Shown: in pieces, positions 34,698 to 47,000 of the stretch
How the letters are laid out: each line of letters opens with the position of its first letter
Numbering within the stretch: position 1 is the first letter of the stretch
Virus record (IMG/VR): IMGVR_UViG_3300044644_001556
Length of the DNA: 64,000 nt
Strand: one strand, 5' to 3'
Source of the DNA: a virus
Position numbers and translations under genes: made by a program
Notes under the pieces: model-generated
The model's database searches: none
The model's input: only the letters and a program-made list of their open reading frames with translations
What the model was told of the DNA's origin: nothing

Positions 34698-37289
34698 ATG
34701 ACTACAAATATTGCAATTAGTAATTGCGCAGTGGATGCAACCACAGCACCCCCAGGTAAAACGGATGTATTGCCAAATACTTCGATTATCCGTGCGGGTG
34801 TAACTACAAATTCACCAACACTAACCCAAAATATTGATAATTTTGGTGATGCAACTACTGTTGTACCAACTGGTTCATTCTGTACTGTAAATGAATTAAT
34901 TTGGGCGGTTCGTATGGCGGTTGAAGGTCGGGCGTACGGTACTCCGCCGGTAGATGCGGGCGGTAAAGTAACCTTAGCAAATGGTGGATCTAGAGGTGAT
35001 TTTACTCACAGCTATAAACCAGCTAATGGCGGTGCGTTAGTTGACGTCGATTCGGATTCATTTGGTCCATTTAAAGCAGATATAACCAATCCAGCGGGCG
35101 GCCCAATCGCCGGTTATGTTGGTTGGACAGGTTGGACTTTATATGATACTTTTCCGTTAACTGGAGATAATGATCCAAGTGGTATCGTTACTCAAGTTTA
35201 TCGTGCATTAAATAAAGACGGTGTTTCATACAAATATTCAATTTTCCGTTGGAATTTATTATTGAGTGAAATCAATATTACTTCTTGTGAAGCTTGGGAT
35301 AAAGTTACTAGAACGTCGACTAACGAAACTCATACATTCTTTGATTCATCACCGATTCCTTATAAATTAAACGAAACAAAATTAGTATTGATGATTAACC
35401 CGCGTTGGTTAGTTTTACAATCAATTATCTATGATGAACCATCTGTTTGGGCGGGCGTATTTGAAACTGCACGCGAAGATATTACTGACGTTGCAACTTC
35501 AACAAACCCAGGTTTGCCTTGCTGGGGTTGGATTTCATCTACTTTATGGTCGTTAGGTGCTAAATCATATTTAGAAAAACCGATGGGTGGTGGTGCTGGT
35601 GCTACCGGTACAGCAACCGCAAGTGATTATACATTATTAAGTATGCCTCGTACTAAATCTGGTGCGACTGGATTTGGTGCAGCTAAAGGTTGGGGTGCGG
35701 ATTACGGGGTAGCTCAATATCCAAACTGGTTGACTAGTACAACTCCTGCATTCGTTACTTATTTAAGTAATGATAATGTTGGTAATAAATTCCAAGCGAA
35801 CTCATGGGATACAACCAAACGTTTAGTATTACCGATTAAACCAATTCATGATTATGCAGCTAACTTCGTCGCTAACTATGGTACAATCTTTGGTTTAAAA
35901 GTATTGGCTCCAATTGGACCGATGATGACTAAAATTAAAGTTAATACCGATGCGGATGGTAACTATACACCGGTAGTAACTTCAACTTCAACTAAAATTC
36001 ATTGGTTATTAAATACTCACCATAAAGCGTCTGGTGGCGCCGTTGCATCAGGTAGTGATTCTAATTCATGGTTCCAAAATACACAATTAGGTATTACTAA
36101 TATTAATACTAGCCCAAATAAACCATTTGCTTTAGTTAATGTTGGTTCTATTTGTTATGCTATTGCGGTTGCGGGCGGTCAGTTAAATAAATTCTTAAAA
36201 ATCAATTTGGTAACTCAGCAAGTTGATGTAATATTTGATTTATTAACTTCTAGTGCTAGTAAAATAACGATTCCTACATTATCACCGGCCGATATCACTG
36301 ATCTAGGTTTAGCGACTGGTAACGAAACTGCAGTTCCGACTTTATTTTTTGATATTAAATATGATGGCGATCAATACATTTATTTAACAACAGACGTTGG
36401 TCTTATTCGTTATAGAATTACTGATGGTAAATGGGTTAATAGAAATAAAGTAGGTCCTGGCTGTCAAGCTATTTCATTAACAGCATCTAAAATTTACGTA
36501 GCGCCAAAAACCGCAAGCCCAGCACCAAAAATTTATTCATTAAATAGAGCTGATTTTTCGTGGCAACCACAATCAACTGATATCTTATTAACTGATTTTA
36601 CTGATGATGTTATTATGACTGATGCATGTACTGGTACTGACGGTAGTGTTTATTTTACGCCTGTTATACCTGCGACTAGTAATGGTTATTCAACAAGATA
36701 TCGCTTAATTAAAATTGATCCGGCGGGTGTAGTATCGTATCATCCGTTTACTGTCGGGACTGGTAATTTAGCGACGCGTCAAGCAGCACTTCAAGTATTA
36801 GATAGCAATAACTTATTATTATGGCAGGCGACTGGTGATGGTGGGGCATGTACATTATATGCAGTTCGTATTAATACCACTAAAATGACGATGATGAAAT
36901 CAATTGATACTATTCAATCAACTGGTATTGCATTGGCTGGGGCTGGTATTATTAGTAGCAAACGCATACAACATGCTAAAATCCAAGGTGTTATTATTGC
37001 CGCACCATATTACGTAACAACTATCGGTTCATATGCGACATTACAATTGTGTTCACAATCAACCTCTAATACATTAGGTGTATTATCTGCGGTTGCTGGA
37101 TTAAACGGCGTAGTTAATATTACGGATACTATCTCCCCGGCCGGCAATAACTTATTCGTTTGGGATGGCGTTCGTTTCTACGGTAATACCGATAGTAGTT
37201 TACATATCTTTAGTAAATTAAATAATGAATCATGTTTCTCTGATGGTTCAAAAAATATTTTATTAGGTCAAGTTACTTTACCGGCTTAA
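34698..37289 (+). CDS. probable virion structural protein with beta-propeller-like C-terminal half
   Basis: 863 aa, Thr/Gly/Ala-rich; GGAG RBS; upstream ATAAATA. Confidence 0.55.
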   Translation: MTTNIAISNCAVDATTAPPGKTDVLPNTSIIRAGVTTNSPTLTQNIDNFGDATTVVPTGSFCTVNELIWAVRMAVEGRAYGTPPVDAGGKVTLANGGSRGDFTHSYKPANGGALVDVDSDSFGPFKADITNPAGGPIAGYVGWTGWTLYDTFPLTGDNDPSGIVTQVYRALNKDGVSYKYSIFRWNLLLSEINITSCEAWDKVTRTSTNETHTFFDSSPIPYKLNETKLVLMINPRWLVLQSIIYDEPSVWAGVFETAREDITDVATSTNPGLPCWGWISSTLWSLGAKSYLEKPMGGGAGATGTATASDYTLLSMPRTKSGATGFGAAKGWGADYGVAQYPNWLTSTTPAFVTYLSNDNVGNKFQANSWDTTKRLVLPIKPIHDYAANFVANYGTIFGLKVLAPIGPMMTKIKVNTDADGNYTPVVTSTSTKIHWLLNTHHKASGGAVASGSDSNSWFQNTQLGITNINTSPNKPFALVNVGSICYAIAVAGGQLNKFLKINLVTQQVDVIFDLLTSSASKITIPTLSPADITDLGLATGNETAVPTLFFDIKYDGDQYIYLTTDVGLIRYRITDGKWVNRNKVGPGCQAISLTASKIYVAPKTASPAPKIYSLNRADFSWQPQSTDILLTDFTDDVIMTDACTGTDGSVYFTPVIPATSNGYSTRYRLIKIDPAGVVSYHPFTVGTGNLATRQAALQVLDSNNLLLWQATGDGGACTLYAVRINTTKMTMMKSIDTIQSTGIALAGAGIISSKRIQHAKIQGVIIAAPYYVTTIGSYATLQLCSQSTSNTLGVLSAVAGLNGVVNITDTISPAGNNLFVWDGVRFYGNTDSSLHIFSKLNNESCFSDGSKNILLGQVTLPA

Positions 37290-37293
37290 TATT

Positions 37294-40200
37294 ATGATAA
37301 CTGGTAATGTTACATTAAATATACAATTTGTTGGTGGGATCGCTGGTAAGGCGGGTAAATGCTCTACAATTACCGAAACCCCACCGACTGTAGTTAGTAC
37401 TAGTAATGCTAGCATTACCACGACGTCAAAAACTCAGCTAATTGGGGTTGGTATTAAACCAGCTCCAATAGCTCAATCAATTACTCCTATTGTGGGCCAG
37501 CCGTCAATGGTCCGTAATATTTACTTACTTAGCTATCTCGGTTTAATTACTCCAGTAAAAACAACTGGAGTAAAATTACCTAAAATTGGGGCTGTTGGTC
37601 CTGGTTTATTAATCATTAATAATGGTATAGTTAAAAAAGTTATTATTAAATGGGGTGGTATAGTTTCAGTTAAAGTCGGAAAAACTCGAGTTTTATTTGC
37701 GGCTGATTATTTAAATATTAATCCACCCGATATTAATCGCGTTTTTAAACCCGGAAAAGGTGTCGGTATACGTTTACCGAAAGTTGGCCGCGCTACGGGC
37801 GGTAATCAAGATTTAATTCAATATTCAAATACTTTTACATTTAGTAGTCCAAATCCAGTAACTAAAAAAGTAACTGGTTTAAAAAGTAGTAAAGTTGGTT
37901 TTGTTAAATATCCAGCTATTACTCAAAGTACATTAAGTTTTGCGTTCAATACAAAAGTACAAGCAAATACAACATTATACGCATATAACAAATATCAAAC
38001 CAAGGGTTCAAAACTAGTCCTGCATTCAGGTATTAGACCCACTAAAGTTGGTTCTGCGACATTTAAAATATCGGATTCTTTTGCGGGTTACATATCATCG
38101 TACCTACAATCAAATACCAATATTAATTTTATATCGAAATATCAAATAGATCGTTTATTTAAAACTAAAATAGTTTATACTGGGTCTAAACCAGCAAAAG
38201 TAGGTTCAGCTACTTTTAATATAGGTGATTCATTTGCTGGGTATATCTCGCAATATACTCAAACTAATACTAATATTAATTACATATCGAAATATCAAAT
38301 AGATCGATTATTTAAAACTAAAATAGTTTTTGCTGGGACTATAAATCCTAGTATCGGTAGTGCTGAATTTAGAGTATCAGATACGTATACTGGATATATT
38401 TCTCGATATACCCAAACTAATACTAATATTAATTATGTATCTACTTATCAATTAAATAATTTATATCAAAATACTGTTTATAATGGTTGCACTCAGGCAT
38501 TAGTCGGTAGTGCTGAATTTAGAGTATCGGATACGTATACTGGATATATTTCTCGATATACCCAAACTAATACTAATATTAATTTCGTATCTGCATATCA
38601 ATTAAATAATTTATATCAATCTGTAGTTTATAACAGTTGTACGCTGCCATTAGTTGGTGGGGCCGAATTTAGAGTCGCTAATTCATTTGCTGGGTATCAA
38701 TCACAATACTCACAAATTAATACGAATATTAATTACGTATCTGGATATCAACTTTCTAATTTATATTTAAGTTCTACTTATAATATTTGCAATACTGCAT
38801 TAATTGGAACATTAACATATCCAATAACAAAAACAAAAAATACAATTAATGTTTATAATGCAGTCAATAATATTAGTTATATCCAAACTAATGTTCCGAT
38901 TATTAAAAATTATGTCGGTATTCCTGCACAAATAGTCGGTACCTTAATATATCCGGTAGCGAAAACAAAAACAGTCAAATATGTTTATAGTAATGATACA
39001 TTAACCTATATTCAATCTAATGCTCCAGTTATTAAAGATTATGTGGGGGTTTTAGATCAGACAGTCGGTACTTTAATATATCCGGTAATTAAAACCGCGA
39101 ATACGATTAACGTTTATAGTCAAGGATTCTCTAGATATACTCAAAATAATACACAATTAATTAAAGAGTATGTCGGAATTAATATACCTAAAGTAGGCGT
39201 TACTAAACGTTTAATCATTGGTTATGAATTATATATTTCTACAGCTATAGTTAATCAGCCGGGTGGCGGTTTTTCTTCTAGATATGCGGGGCCGTATAAA
39301 AAATCAATTGGTATAACTACGGATTCATTTACAGTTTCCAATCAAGTACCGCCACAAATACAAGCGGCTATTGCTAATATTACTAGTGTATTCCGCGGCG
39401 TTACTAAAAAAGCACCTCCGTTTAAATGTAATTATCCGCCGTCGTTATTATACACTCGACCATACAACGACCCCACACTTGCGCTTCGGCCGGGGCATTA
39501 TGCCGGTAAATTAGTCGCAAAATATGGCTCGTACGTAATATATGATCATATTTTATTACCACCATTAGCCAGCGAATTAGTTGTACAGAAACGTTCTGGT
39601 GCTGCTGATAAAGCTGGATTTGTCGGTTGCTTCGTACCTAGATTGGGTACTACCGCATTATACGATAGAATACCGCAGGTATTCGCAGATTACCTACCAA
39701 TTGTTGATCTTAAACAATTAGAAAAAGCTGGACGTATTAAAATCGTCGGTATAGTTAAAAAGGGAATCGGATCTACTACTAATGCATACGTATTAAATAG
39801 TGACGGAATTGCGTCATCTATTGCGAATATACAAGCAAGAGTTGCCGGCAAATCCGGGTTCTATAGTTCGTTAGTTGCAGCGCCTGGTCGCATGGAATCA
39901 TGTGAAATTATCCCAGGATTATTTAGATTTGATTATAGCTATACTCCAACTCATACGCCGACAAAATCATACGTCTATACGTTCGGTGGTTTTAATAAAA
40001 CGCAAGTTGGTTATTTACCGAAATTAATGTATTTGGGGTCACCCCAACAAGATTATTCATATTCGCCACCGAATAACCCGATTCTTAATCAGGCAGCTAT
40101 TGGTTTTGATGGTTTATTACCTAGTTTATTACCGGGGGCGGTAGCTACAGCGTATATTAGTAAACAACAAGATTCGACGACTAACAAATATACTTATACT

Positions 40201-43200
40201 CCACCACCACTTCAGCTTAACGAAGCCGGAATCCAAGGCTTCGCTGGGTGTATTTTACCACCAATTGGCTTAGGCGTTCCTAGTATTATTACTGATTTAT
40301 CAGTAATTTATAAAAATACTGGATTCTTCGATCAGACGACAAAAGCATCAGCTTGGTCGTATTGTGGATATAATTTTGTACCAGTTGGTACGGCATTAGA
40401 TAAGATAGTTGATTATTATTTCGACGATACGGCATTTTCGTATCGCCCGTCATTTATTAATGATGTTTCGGTATTTTATAATGCATGGGTTGGGACGATA
40501 TCTCCAGCCGTTGGGACTGGTTATTCGATAGATTATATACCATCATCTGATGGTAAATTATATTATGATTATGCAAATGATTACCTTAATGCTAAAGGTA
40601 TTGATTTACATGGTTATACCGGCTGTAAAATAAGCCCTATCGCTACAGTTTTCGTATCGGATATTATTATTCCGGAGGGTAAACACGAATATTATTATTA
40701 CCTACGTAATTTATTAGATAGTAATATTCGCGATAATATCCAACGAAATCAAGTTTATGAAACTGCTACTATTTCTATTGGTGGAATTCCGAGTCAATTT
40801 ATTGGTTCTATATTAGATGCATATCCAGTTGATAGTTCATTTATTAGTAATATTGGTCGTAATATCCAGCGAACGATATTACTCGATAATTTAATATGTT
40901 CTGGCGTTACGTCGACTATTAATAATATAGTCGGTAATACAATAAACCCATTTAAATTAAATAATGCAATCGATACTACATTGCGATACCAATCAAATAT
41001 CATCGCTGATATTTCTGCAGTATTTAATGTAATTAAAACGGTATTAGTCGGTAAATCAGTAAACGCAATTAAATTAAATAACTTAGCGTCAACTGAGTTT
41101 AGATATCAAGAAAATATAATCCCGGCATTTACTGGCGAATATAAAGGTATTATTAGTACTACTAATATAGTATGTTCAGCTATCGGTACTAAAAATTACA
41201 TATCTTATAATGATACTACTTTAGTTCAAACTAATATTATCACTACAGTATCAAATGGTATTGGTTTATCTAATTTTTATGTTGGTGGTGCTCCAGTAAA
41301 ATTATCATTAATTACTGGATTAACTACTAATGCGACTCAGACGAATATTTTACCGTTTGCTGTATCTACTGGTATTGGTTGCGTTAATGTTTATGTCGGT
41401 GGTACTCCGGTAAAATCATCGTTAATTGCGGGATTAACTACTGATGCGACTCAGACTAATATTTTACCGTTTGCCGTATCTACCGGTATCGGTTGCGTCA
41501 ATGTTTATGTTGGTGGTACTCCGGTAACCTCAGATCTAATTACTGGATTAATAACTAATACTTTACAAGATAATATAGTTCCAGATGCCGTATCTACTGG
41601 TATTGGTTGTGTCAATGTTTATGTTGGTGGTACTCCGGTAACCTCAGATCTAATTACCGGATTAATATCTAATACTTTACAAGATAATATAGTTCCGGCA
41701 GTTATATCTACTGGTATTGGTTGTGTTAATGTTTATGTCGGTAATACTCCGGTAACTTCAGATCTAATTACCGGATTAATAACTAATACTTTACAAGATA
41801 ATATAGTTCCGGATGCCGTATCTACTGGTATTGGTTGTGTCAATGTTTATGTTGGCGGCACTCCGGTAACCTCAGATCTAATTACCGGATTAATATCTAA
41901 TACTTTACAAGATAATATAGTTCCCGATGCGGTATCTACCGGTATCGGTTGTGTTAATGTCTATATAGGTAATACATTAGATAGTGTCAATGGTGTTGTT
42001 GGTACTATCAATACTGATAATATCCAAAATAATACAATACCTTCAGTTATTCGTGTTTATTCTGGGTTTATTAATATACCGATTGGCTTTACTGAATCTG
42101 ATTTAATTGCAGTAACTGGTGAATTAGATACTACCATAGTTCAGGATAATATAATACCAGATATTATAACTACAGGTATCGGATTAACTCAGTCATATAT
42201 TGGTTCTGCTAGTACGCCAGCTGAGTCGGTCGGGGAATTAACTAATAATATACAAGATAATATAGTACCTGCGGATATATCCGTCGGTATTGGTATTGTT
42301 AATGTTTATATCGGGGCGACATTAACTGCAGTCAAATCAGTCGGCGAATTAACTAATACTTTACAAGATAATATAATACCAGAAATTATTACTGTTGGTA
42401 TTAGCGTCGATAAAATCTTCGTCGGTAATGCATTCGTCGAAAGATTAGTTATTGAAGGTGAATTATCTAATACATTACAGGATAGTGTATTACCTAGTTC
42501 GATAACCGCCGGTATTGGTTTAATTAATACTTATGTCGGTAATGCATTAGCCGAACATTTAATAATAATTGGCGAGATAACCAATACATTACAAGATAAT
42601 ATAATACCTAGCATTATAAGTGACGGTGTTGGTTTTGTTACCTGTAATATTGGTTGGACTGAACATATATTAGTTGAAAATATTGGTGATTTGGGTGATA
42701 TCAATAATCACTATATTCAAACTAACGATAGATTAAAACCAATAAGTGATGGTGTTGGTTTTGTTACTAGCAATATTGGTTGGACCGAGCATATATTAGT
42801 TAAAAATATCGGCGAATTAGGCGATATCAATAATGTATACGTTCAAACTAATGATAGATTAAAACCGATAAGTGATGGTGTTGGTTTTGTTACTAGCAAT
42901 ATTGGTTGGACTGAGCATATATTAGTTGAAAATATTGGTGATTTGGGTGATATCAATAATCGCTATATTCAAACTAACGATAAATTAAAACCGATAAGTG
43001 ATGGTGTTGGTTTTGTTACTAGTAGTAATATTGGTCATACTATCGGTAATGCAATATCGTTAAATTTTGATGATATTATCATAACGAATTATAATAATCA
43101 AGATAATATTGTTCCAGAGTTAATATCTATCGGCGTTGGTTTAATATCTAATATAATTGGTAGTGCATTATATGAACATATAGAATCAATAGATATTGAT

Positions 43201-43662
43201 TCTGGTGTTGCGGTATTGACAAATGATATAGATAATGATATAATATTTGGTGTCGGTTTAATATCTAATATAATTGGTAGTGCATTATATGAACATATAG
43301 AATCAATAGATATTGATTCTGGTGTTGCGGTATTGACAAATGATATAGATAATGATATAATATTTGGTGTCGGTATTGTTTCCAAATACAGTATTGGTCA
43401 TTATGAAGTTGTATTACCGCCAGCACCTTGGTCGTACCCAGAACACCCAGAACTTATTATATTTAATAGTATTTCCACTCCAACCTACGGAATAATACTA
43501 GATAAATATAATAATGAATTTACTGTTATGCCAAAACAGCAGTTAGAATCTATTGGTATTCCACCTGAATATATAGATTTTAATTCAGTTGGCTATAAAG
43601 GGGTGGTAATTATTACTCAACCCGCAACAAAACCGTTTAAATTATATCAATATTGGAGTTAA
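37294..43662 (+). CDS. giant repeat-rich protein, probably virion-associated
   Basis: 2122 aa with several blocks of 38-51-aa tandem repeats. Confidence 0.65.
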   Translation: MITGNVTLNIQFVGGIAGKAGKCSTITETPPTVVSTSNASITTTSKTQLIGVGIKPAPIAQSITPIVGQPSMVRNIYLLSYLGLITPVKTTGVKLPKIGAVGPGLLIINNGIVKKVIIKWGGIVSVKVGKTRVLFAADYLNINPPDINRVFKPGKGVGIRLPKVGRATGGNQDLIQYSNTFTFSSPNPVTKKVTGLKSSKVGFVKYPAITQSTLSFAFNTKVQANTTLYAYNKYQTKGSKLVLHSGIRPTKVGSATFKISDSFAGYISSYLQSNTNINFISKYQIDRLFKTKIVYTGSKPAKVGSATFNIGDSFAGYISQYTQTNTNINYISKYQIDRLFKTKIVFAGTINPSIGSAEFRVSDTYTGYISRYTQTNTNINYVSTYQLNNLYQNTVYNGCTQALVGSAEFRVSDTYTGYISRYTQTNTNINFVSAYQLNNLYQSVVYNSCTLPLVGGAEFRVANSFAGYQSQYSQINTNINYVSGYQLSNLYLSSTYNICNTALIGTLTYPITKTKNTINVYNAVNNISYIQTNVPIIKNYVGIPAQIVGTLIYPVAKTKTVKYVYSNDTLTYIQSNAPVIKDYVGVLDQTVGTLIYPVIKTANTINVYSQGFSRYTQNNTQLIKEYVGINIPKVGVTKRLIIGYELYISTAIVNQPGGGFSSRYAGPYKKSIGITTDSFTVSNQVPPQIQAAIANITSVFRGVTKKAPPFKCNYPPSLLYTRPYNDPTLALRPGHYAGKLVAKYGSYVIYDHILLPPLASELVVQKRSGAADKAGFVGCFVPRLGTTALYDRIPQVFADYLPIVDLKQLEKAGRIKIVGIVKKGIGSTTNAYVLNSDGIASSIANIQARVAGKSGFYSSLVAAPGRMESCEIIPGLFRFDYSYTPTHTPTKSYVYTFGGFNKTQVGYLPKLMYLGSPQQDYSYSPPNNPILNQAAIGFDGLLPSLLPGAVATAYISKQQDSTTNKYTYTPPPLQLNEAGIQGFAGCILPPIGLGVPSIITDLSVIYKNTGFFDQTTKASAWSYCGYNFVPVGTALDKIVDYYFDDTAFSYRPSFINDVSVFYNAWVGTISPAVGTGYSIDYIPSSDGKLYYDYANDYLNAKGIDLHGYTGCKISPIATVFVSDIIIPEGKHEYYYYLRNLLDSNIRDNIQRNQVYETATISIGGIPSQFIGSILDAYPVDSSFISNIGRNIQRTILLDNLICSGVTSTINNIVGNTINPFKLNNAIDTTLRYQSNIIADISAVFNVIKTVLVGKSVNAIKLNNLASTEFRYQENIIPAFTGEYKGIISTTNIVCSAIGTKNYISYNDTTLVQTNIITTVSNGIGLSNFYVGGAPVKLSLITGLTTNATQTNILPFAVSTGIGCVNVYVGGTPVKSSLIAGLTTDATQTNILPFAVSTGIGCVNVYVGGTPVTSDLITGLITNTLQDNIVPDAVSTGIGCVNVYVGGTPVTSDLITGLISNTLQDNIVPAVISTGIGCVNVYVGNTPVTSDLITGLITNTLQDNIVPDAVSTGIGCVNVYVGGTPVTSDLITGLISNTLQDNIVPDAVSTGIGCVNVYIGNTLDSVNGVVGTINTDNIQNNTIPSVIRVYSGFINIPIGFTESDLIAVTGELDTTIVQDNIIPDIITTGIGLTQSYIGSASTPAESVGELTNNIQDNIVPADISVGIGIVNVYIGATLTAVKSVGELTNTLQDNIIPEIITVGISVDKIFVGNAFVERLVIEGELSNTLQDSVLPSSITAGIGLINTYVGNALAEHLIIIGEITNTLQDNIIPSIISDGVGFVTCNIGWTEHILVENIGDLGDINNHYIQTNDRLKPISDGVGFVTSNIGWTEHILVKNIGELGDINNVYVQTNDRLKPISDGVGFVTSNIGWTEHILVENIGDLGDINNRYIQTNDKLKPISDGVGFVTSSNIGHTIGNAISLNFDDIIITNYNNQDNIVPELISIGVGLISNIIGSALYEHIESIDIDSGVAVLTNDIDNDIIFGVGLISNIIGSALYEHIESIDIDSGVAVLTNDIDNDIIFGVGIVSKYSIGHYEVVLPPAPWSYPEHPELIIFNSISTPTYGIILDKYNNEFTVMPKQQLESIGIPPEYIDFNSVGYKGVVIITQPATKPFKLYQYWS
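38035..38760 (+). repeat. about five 150-153-nt coding repeats
   Basis: VGSA(T/E)F...D...GYIS.Y.Q.NTNIN unit. Confidence 0.8.
41250..41970 (+). repeat. about six 114-nt (38-aa) coding repeats
   Basis: STGIGCVNVYVGGTPVTSDLITGLITNTLQDNIVPDAV. Confidence 0.9.
42615..43025 (+). repeat. about 3.2 126-nt (42-aa) coding repeats
   Basis: ISDGVGFVTSNIGWTEHILVENIGDLGDINN.YIQTND.LKP. Confidence 0.9.
43132..43375 (+). repeat. two near-identical 117-nt (39-aa) coding repeats
   Basis: GVGLISNIIGSALYEHIESIDIDSGVAVLTNDIDNDIIF twice. Confidence 0.9.
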
Positions 43663-43663
43663 T

Positions 43664-43858
43664 ATGTATAAAGTACTTAAAGAATTATTACCAAATTCAG
43701 ATCATCTTTATTATGAAGTTACTGATGAAGAATTAAGTTTAATTGAAGTTCATAAGTTCGTAACTGAATATCAAGGCTCGCGCGTTGTTGGTACTGATGT
43801 TCCAGTTCCTGCGATCGCCGGTAAAGAAGTTCGCGAACAAAATTTTTCATTCTTATAA
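43664..43858 (+). CDS. hypothetical protein
   Basis: 64 aa; GGAG RBS; last gene before a terminator. Confidence 0.65.
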   Translation: MYKVLKELLPNSDHLYYEVTDEELSLIEVHKFVTEYQGSRVVGTDVPVPAIAGKEVREQNFSFL

Positions 43859-43868
43859 AATTTTGTTT

Positions 43869-43899
43869 AATATGGGGCTCTTTGAGCCCCATATTTTTT
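43869..43899 (+). terminator. intrinsic terminator
   Basis: AATATGGGGCTC/GAGCCCCATATT plus T-tract. Confidence 0.85.
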
Positions 43900-44026
43900 G
43901 GTTGTAATATTTTTATATTTAAAAACTAAATATAATCATATAGTTATATTTCTCGGTGGTAAACATAGTATATGATAAATATACTTTATTATGTATTTTA
44001 TTATGTTTATTCGGAGTTAAATTACT

Positions 44027-47000
44027 ATGCTATCAGATGGCTTTCGATATCTAGAAGGTTCGGTAAATACCAATCTTACACTACCATTAACTACTAGTCT
44101 GCCATCGGTTTATACTCCTAATGAAGGTGAAGTAGTTTATGTAACTACTGGCTCAAATCCCGGATTCTATTTATATAATGGCGTTAGATGGATATGTGTT
44201 TTAAGCACTATAACTAATTCAACTGGTCACGTTATTTTAGATATAAAAACATTACCGGCTTTTAATGGTGATGTTACTTCGGAGGAAGGTAAAAATACAT
44301 TAACCTTAAATCAAATTATTCCGGCATTAGCTGGAACAACTGGAACTTTTAATTCAGTTACCGTTAATGAAAAAGGTTTAGTTGTAGGTGGTCATAATTA
44401 TACCGAATTATCGGATATGGGGATTACCTCATCCGATCCATTATTATCGTCATTTATTACGTCTAGTGCTAAAGGTGAGCCGGATGGTTTAGCTGGTTTA
44501 GATTCTAATGGAAAATTATTTGTTAATAATTTCCCAGAATTTATTGGCGGCGATGTTACATCGAGTGGTATTAGTGGAACCACGAAATTATTATTAAATA
44601 AAATATATAAACCATTTACGCCCGTTAATCCTACTGATACTGATCCATTAATATCAATTGCCGGACAATATAATTTATTAACGGTTAATGATAAAGGTTT
44701 AGTAACTGACGGTACAAAGTTAGAGTTATATACAAAATCGGAAATTGATGCATTATTAGGAATTGCAGTTTTTGAAGTTCCTGATATTTCGGTTACGGTC
44801 GGAACTAAAGTAGAACCGATTGATATTACAAACGTTTTATATGCACTTAATAATTATCCGAATATATTAAATTCAGTTCGTGGTGCAATTGTATTATTTA
44901 CCGGATTAGGTTTATCGTATATTAGAAAAACTGTATCTGCGAATAATCCATTAACTGATTGGGTCGAATTACCTCAGATATTAAATAATATTAATGGTGC
45001 GATGGTCCATAATTTATTAGTCTCTGATATTCGATTAATTAATACATCACCAAAATTACAATTAGTTATTAGAACTGATTGGGATAAGCGATTTACCTTA
45101 CCTGCAGCCAAAACGTTACCGTTAGGTGGACCAATCTTCGTATTTAAAAATACGGATCCGAATAATAGATACGCAGTTTATTCACACAATGATACGTTAT
45201 TATCATACGTCGATGCGGTAACTGATGTTAGTTTCTACTTACATGGTAATACTGACGATGATTGGACTTTTATTATTCAATCATCCAAAGATCATGAATT
45301 TATAGAAAATAAATCACCTAATATTAATTTAGTAGATCCGATTAGTTTAGTACCTAGCGATAAATTATATCCGACGCAGCGTGCCGTTAAAATGTATGTA
45401 ACGGATACTATTAAAAGAGATATTCTTGATTTAAAAGGCAAATCGGAATTAGTAGTAGGTGCTACACCACCGAGATTAAAAATACCAGGTTTTGCTACAT
45501 TAGATGTAAATAATTTCTTAACGTTATCGCAATTACCACCAGAAGCGGTTAATAAAACTTATAGTATTCCAGATACTTTTTTAGATAATCATGTTTATGT
45601 TAATGTAACTCGAACTAATTATTTAGATGCAATCGATAATTATGCATCGGTTAATAACGTAACGTATCAAATTGGTGATATCGTTATTTTAGATATTATC
45701 AAAAAAGTTTATATTTTACAATCTAAAAATCCTAGCGTCTGGGTCGAATTAGCATCGGGTGTTTTATCTATAAACGGCAACAAAGTTGGTGACGTTCATT
45801 TAGATGCTAGTGATATAGAAACCGGAGTTTTTGATCCGGCTAGAATACCAAATATCAATTATCTTAATGGTGTATTTGATAATGATTATATCACTGCCGA
45901 TTTAATATTAACCAATACTTCAGCTCCAATTCAATCATTAAAAACATTAACTCCAAATATTGATGTGTTTTTACCTGATGCTACTACTATGAGTAGTGTT
46001 GGGGTTCGATTCGTAATTCGAAATACCGGTGCTAAAACAAAGCCGGTAACTGATAGATTAATCAATATTAAATCTAGCGATGGGTCTATTTTATATCCAT
46101 TATATCCGACGCAATCAGTTAATATTTTATTAGTTAATACGACTATTGATTCCGCTGATTGCTGGGAAGTAATTGGTCAGGCTACATATCACCGATTTGC
46201 TGAGTTAGATTCAAATGCTAGATTATTGACTATCCAATTACCGACATTTATCGGCGATGTTACATCGCCGGGCGGAACCAATACTTTAACATTAAAAGAT
46301 GCACCATTCTATAATAGTTCGTATGTTTCTAATTTTTACGAATATACAAAAATTAATAGATCCGGTATCGCAATTGATGTAAAAAATAAAGTTTTTTCAA
46401 TACCTGATGTTTCTGGCTTACCACTACAGTCTGATCCAAATTTTGACCCGACTGCAAAATATTTAATTGATAATTCAACTTGCTCATATAGATGGGATGG
46501 AGTTCGTTATGTTTTAGATGATGATTTAATTGCATCGCATGTTTACATAATCGAAACTCCGGGTGCTGATAAATCGCATATTATTTTACCGAATTCGCCT
46601 GCATTATTAGCCAAACCAAAAGATATTGTTTTCGTTCGCGAACTTAAACGATCTTACATATTAACTGCAGATCCAGCGTCCCATTTACCAAATTGGGATT
46701 TGTTAACTACTGAAGGTAATTATATATGCCAATCCCTTATATCAATTCCTTTAGCCGTAGATATTATTTTAGATAAAGATTCCGATCAATTTCATTTATT
46801 TAAAACTAGTACTCAAAATGGTTCCGATAATTGGAAGTTCGTTTTACCTAGAGCTCGCACATTATCAATGGGCGGGATGTTATTTGTATTTAAAAATGCG
46901 GGTATTCGATTAGTAGATAAAGGTGTTGATATTATATCATATACCGGCGAATTAGTTTATACTGTTGAACCTGGTAGATTTATTAGTTTATATTTAAATT

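Noticed and set aside
41250-43375. CRISPR array
   Set aside because: The repeats are contiguous, in-frame multiples of three with no unique spacers. The Cas4-like gene at 20502 is a common stand-alone phage nuclease.
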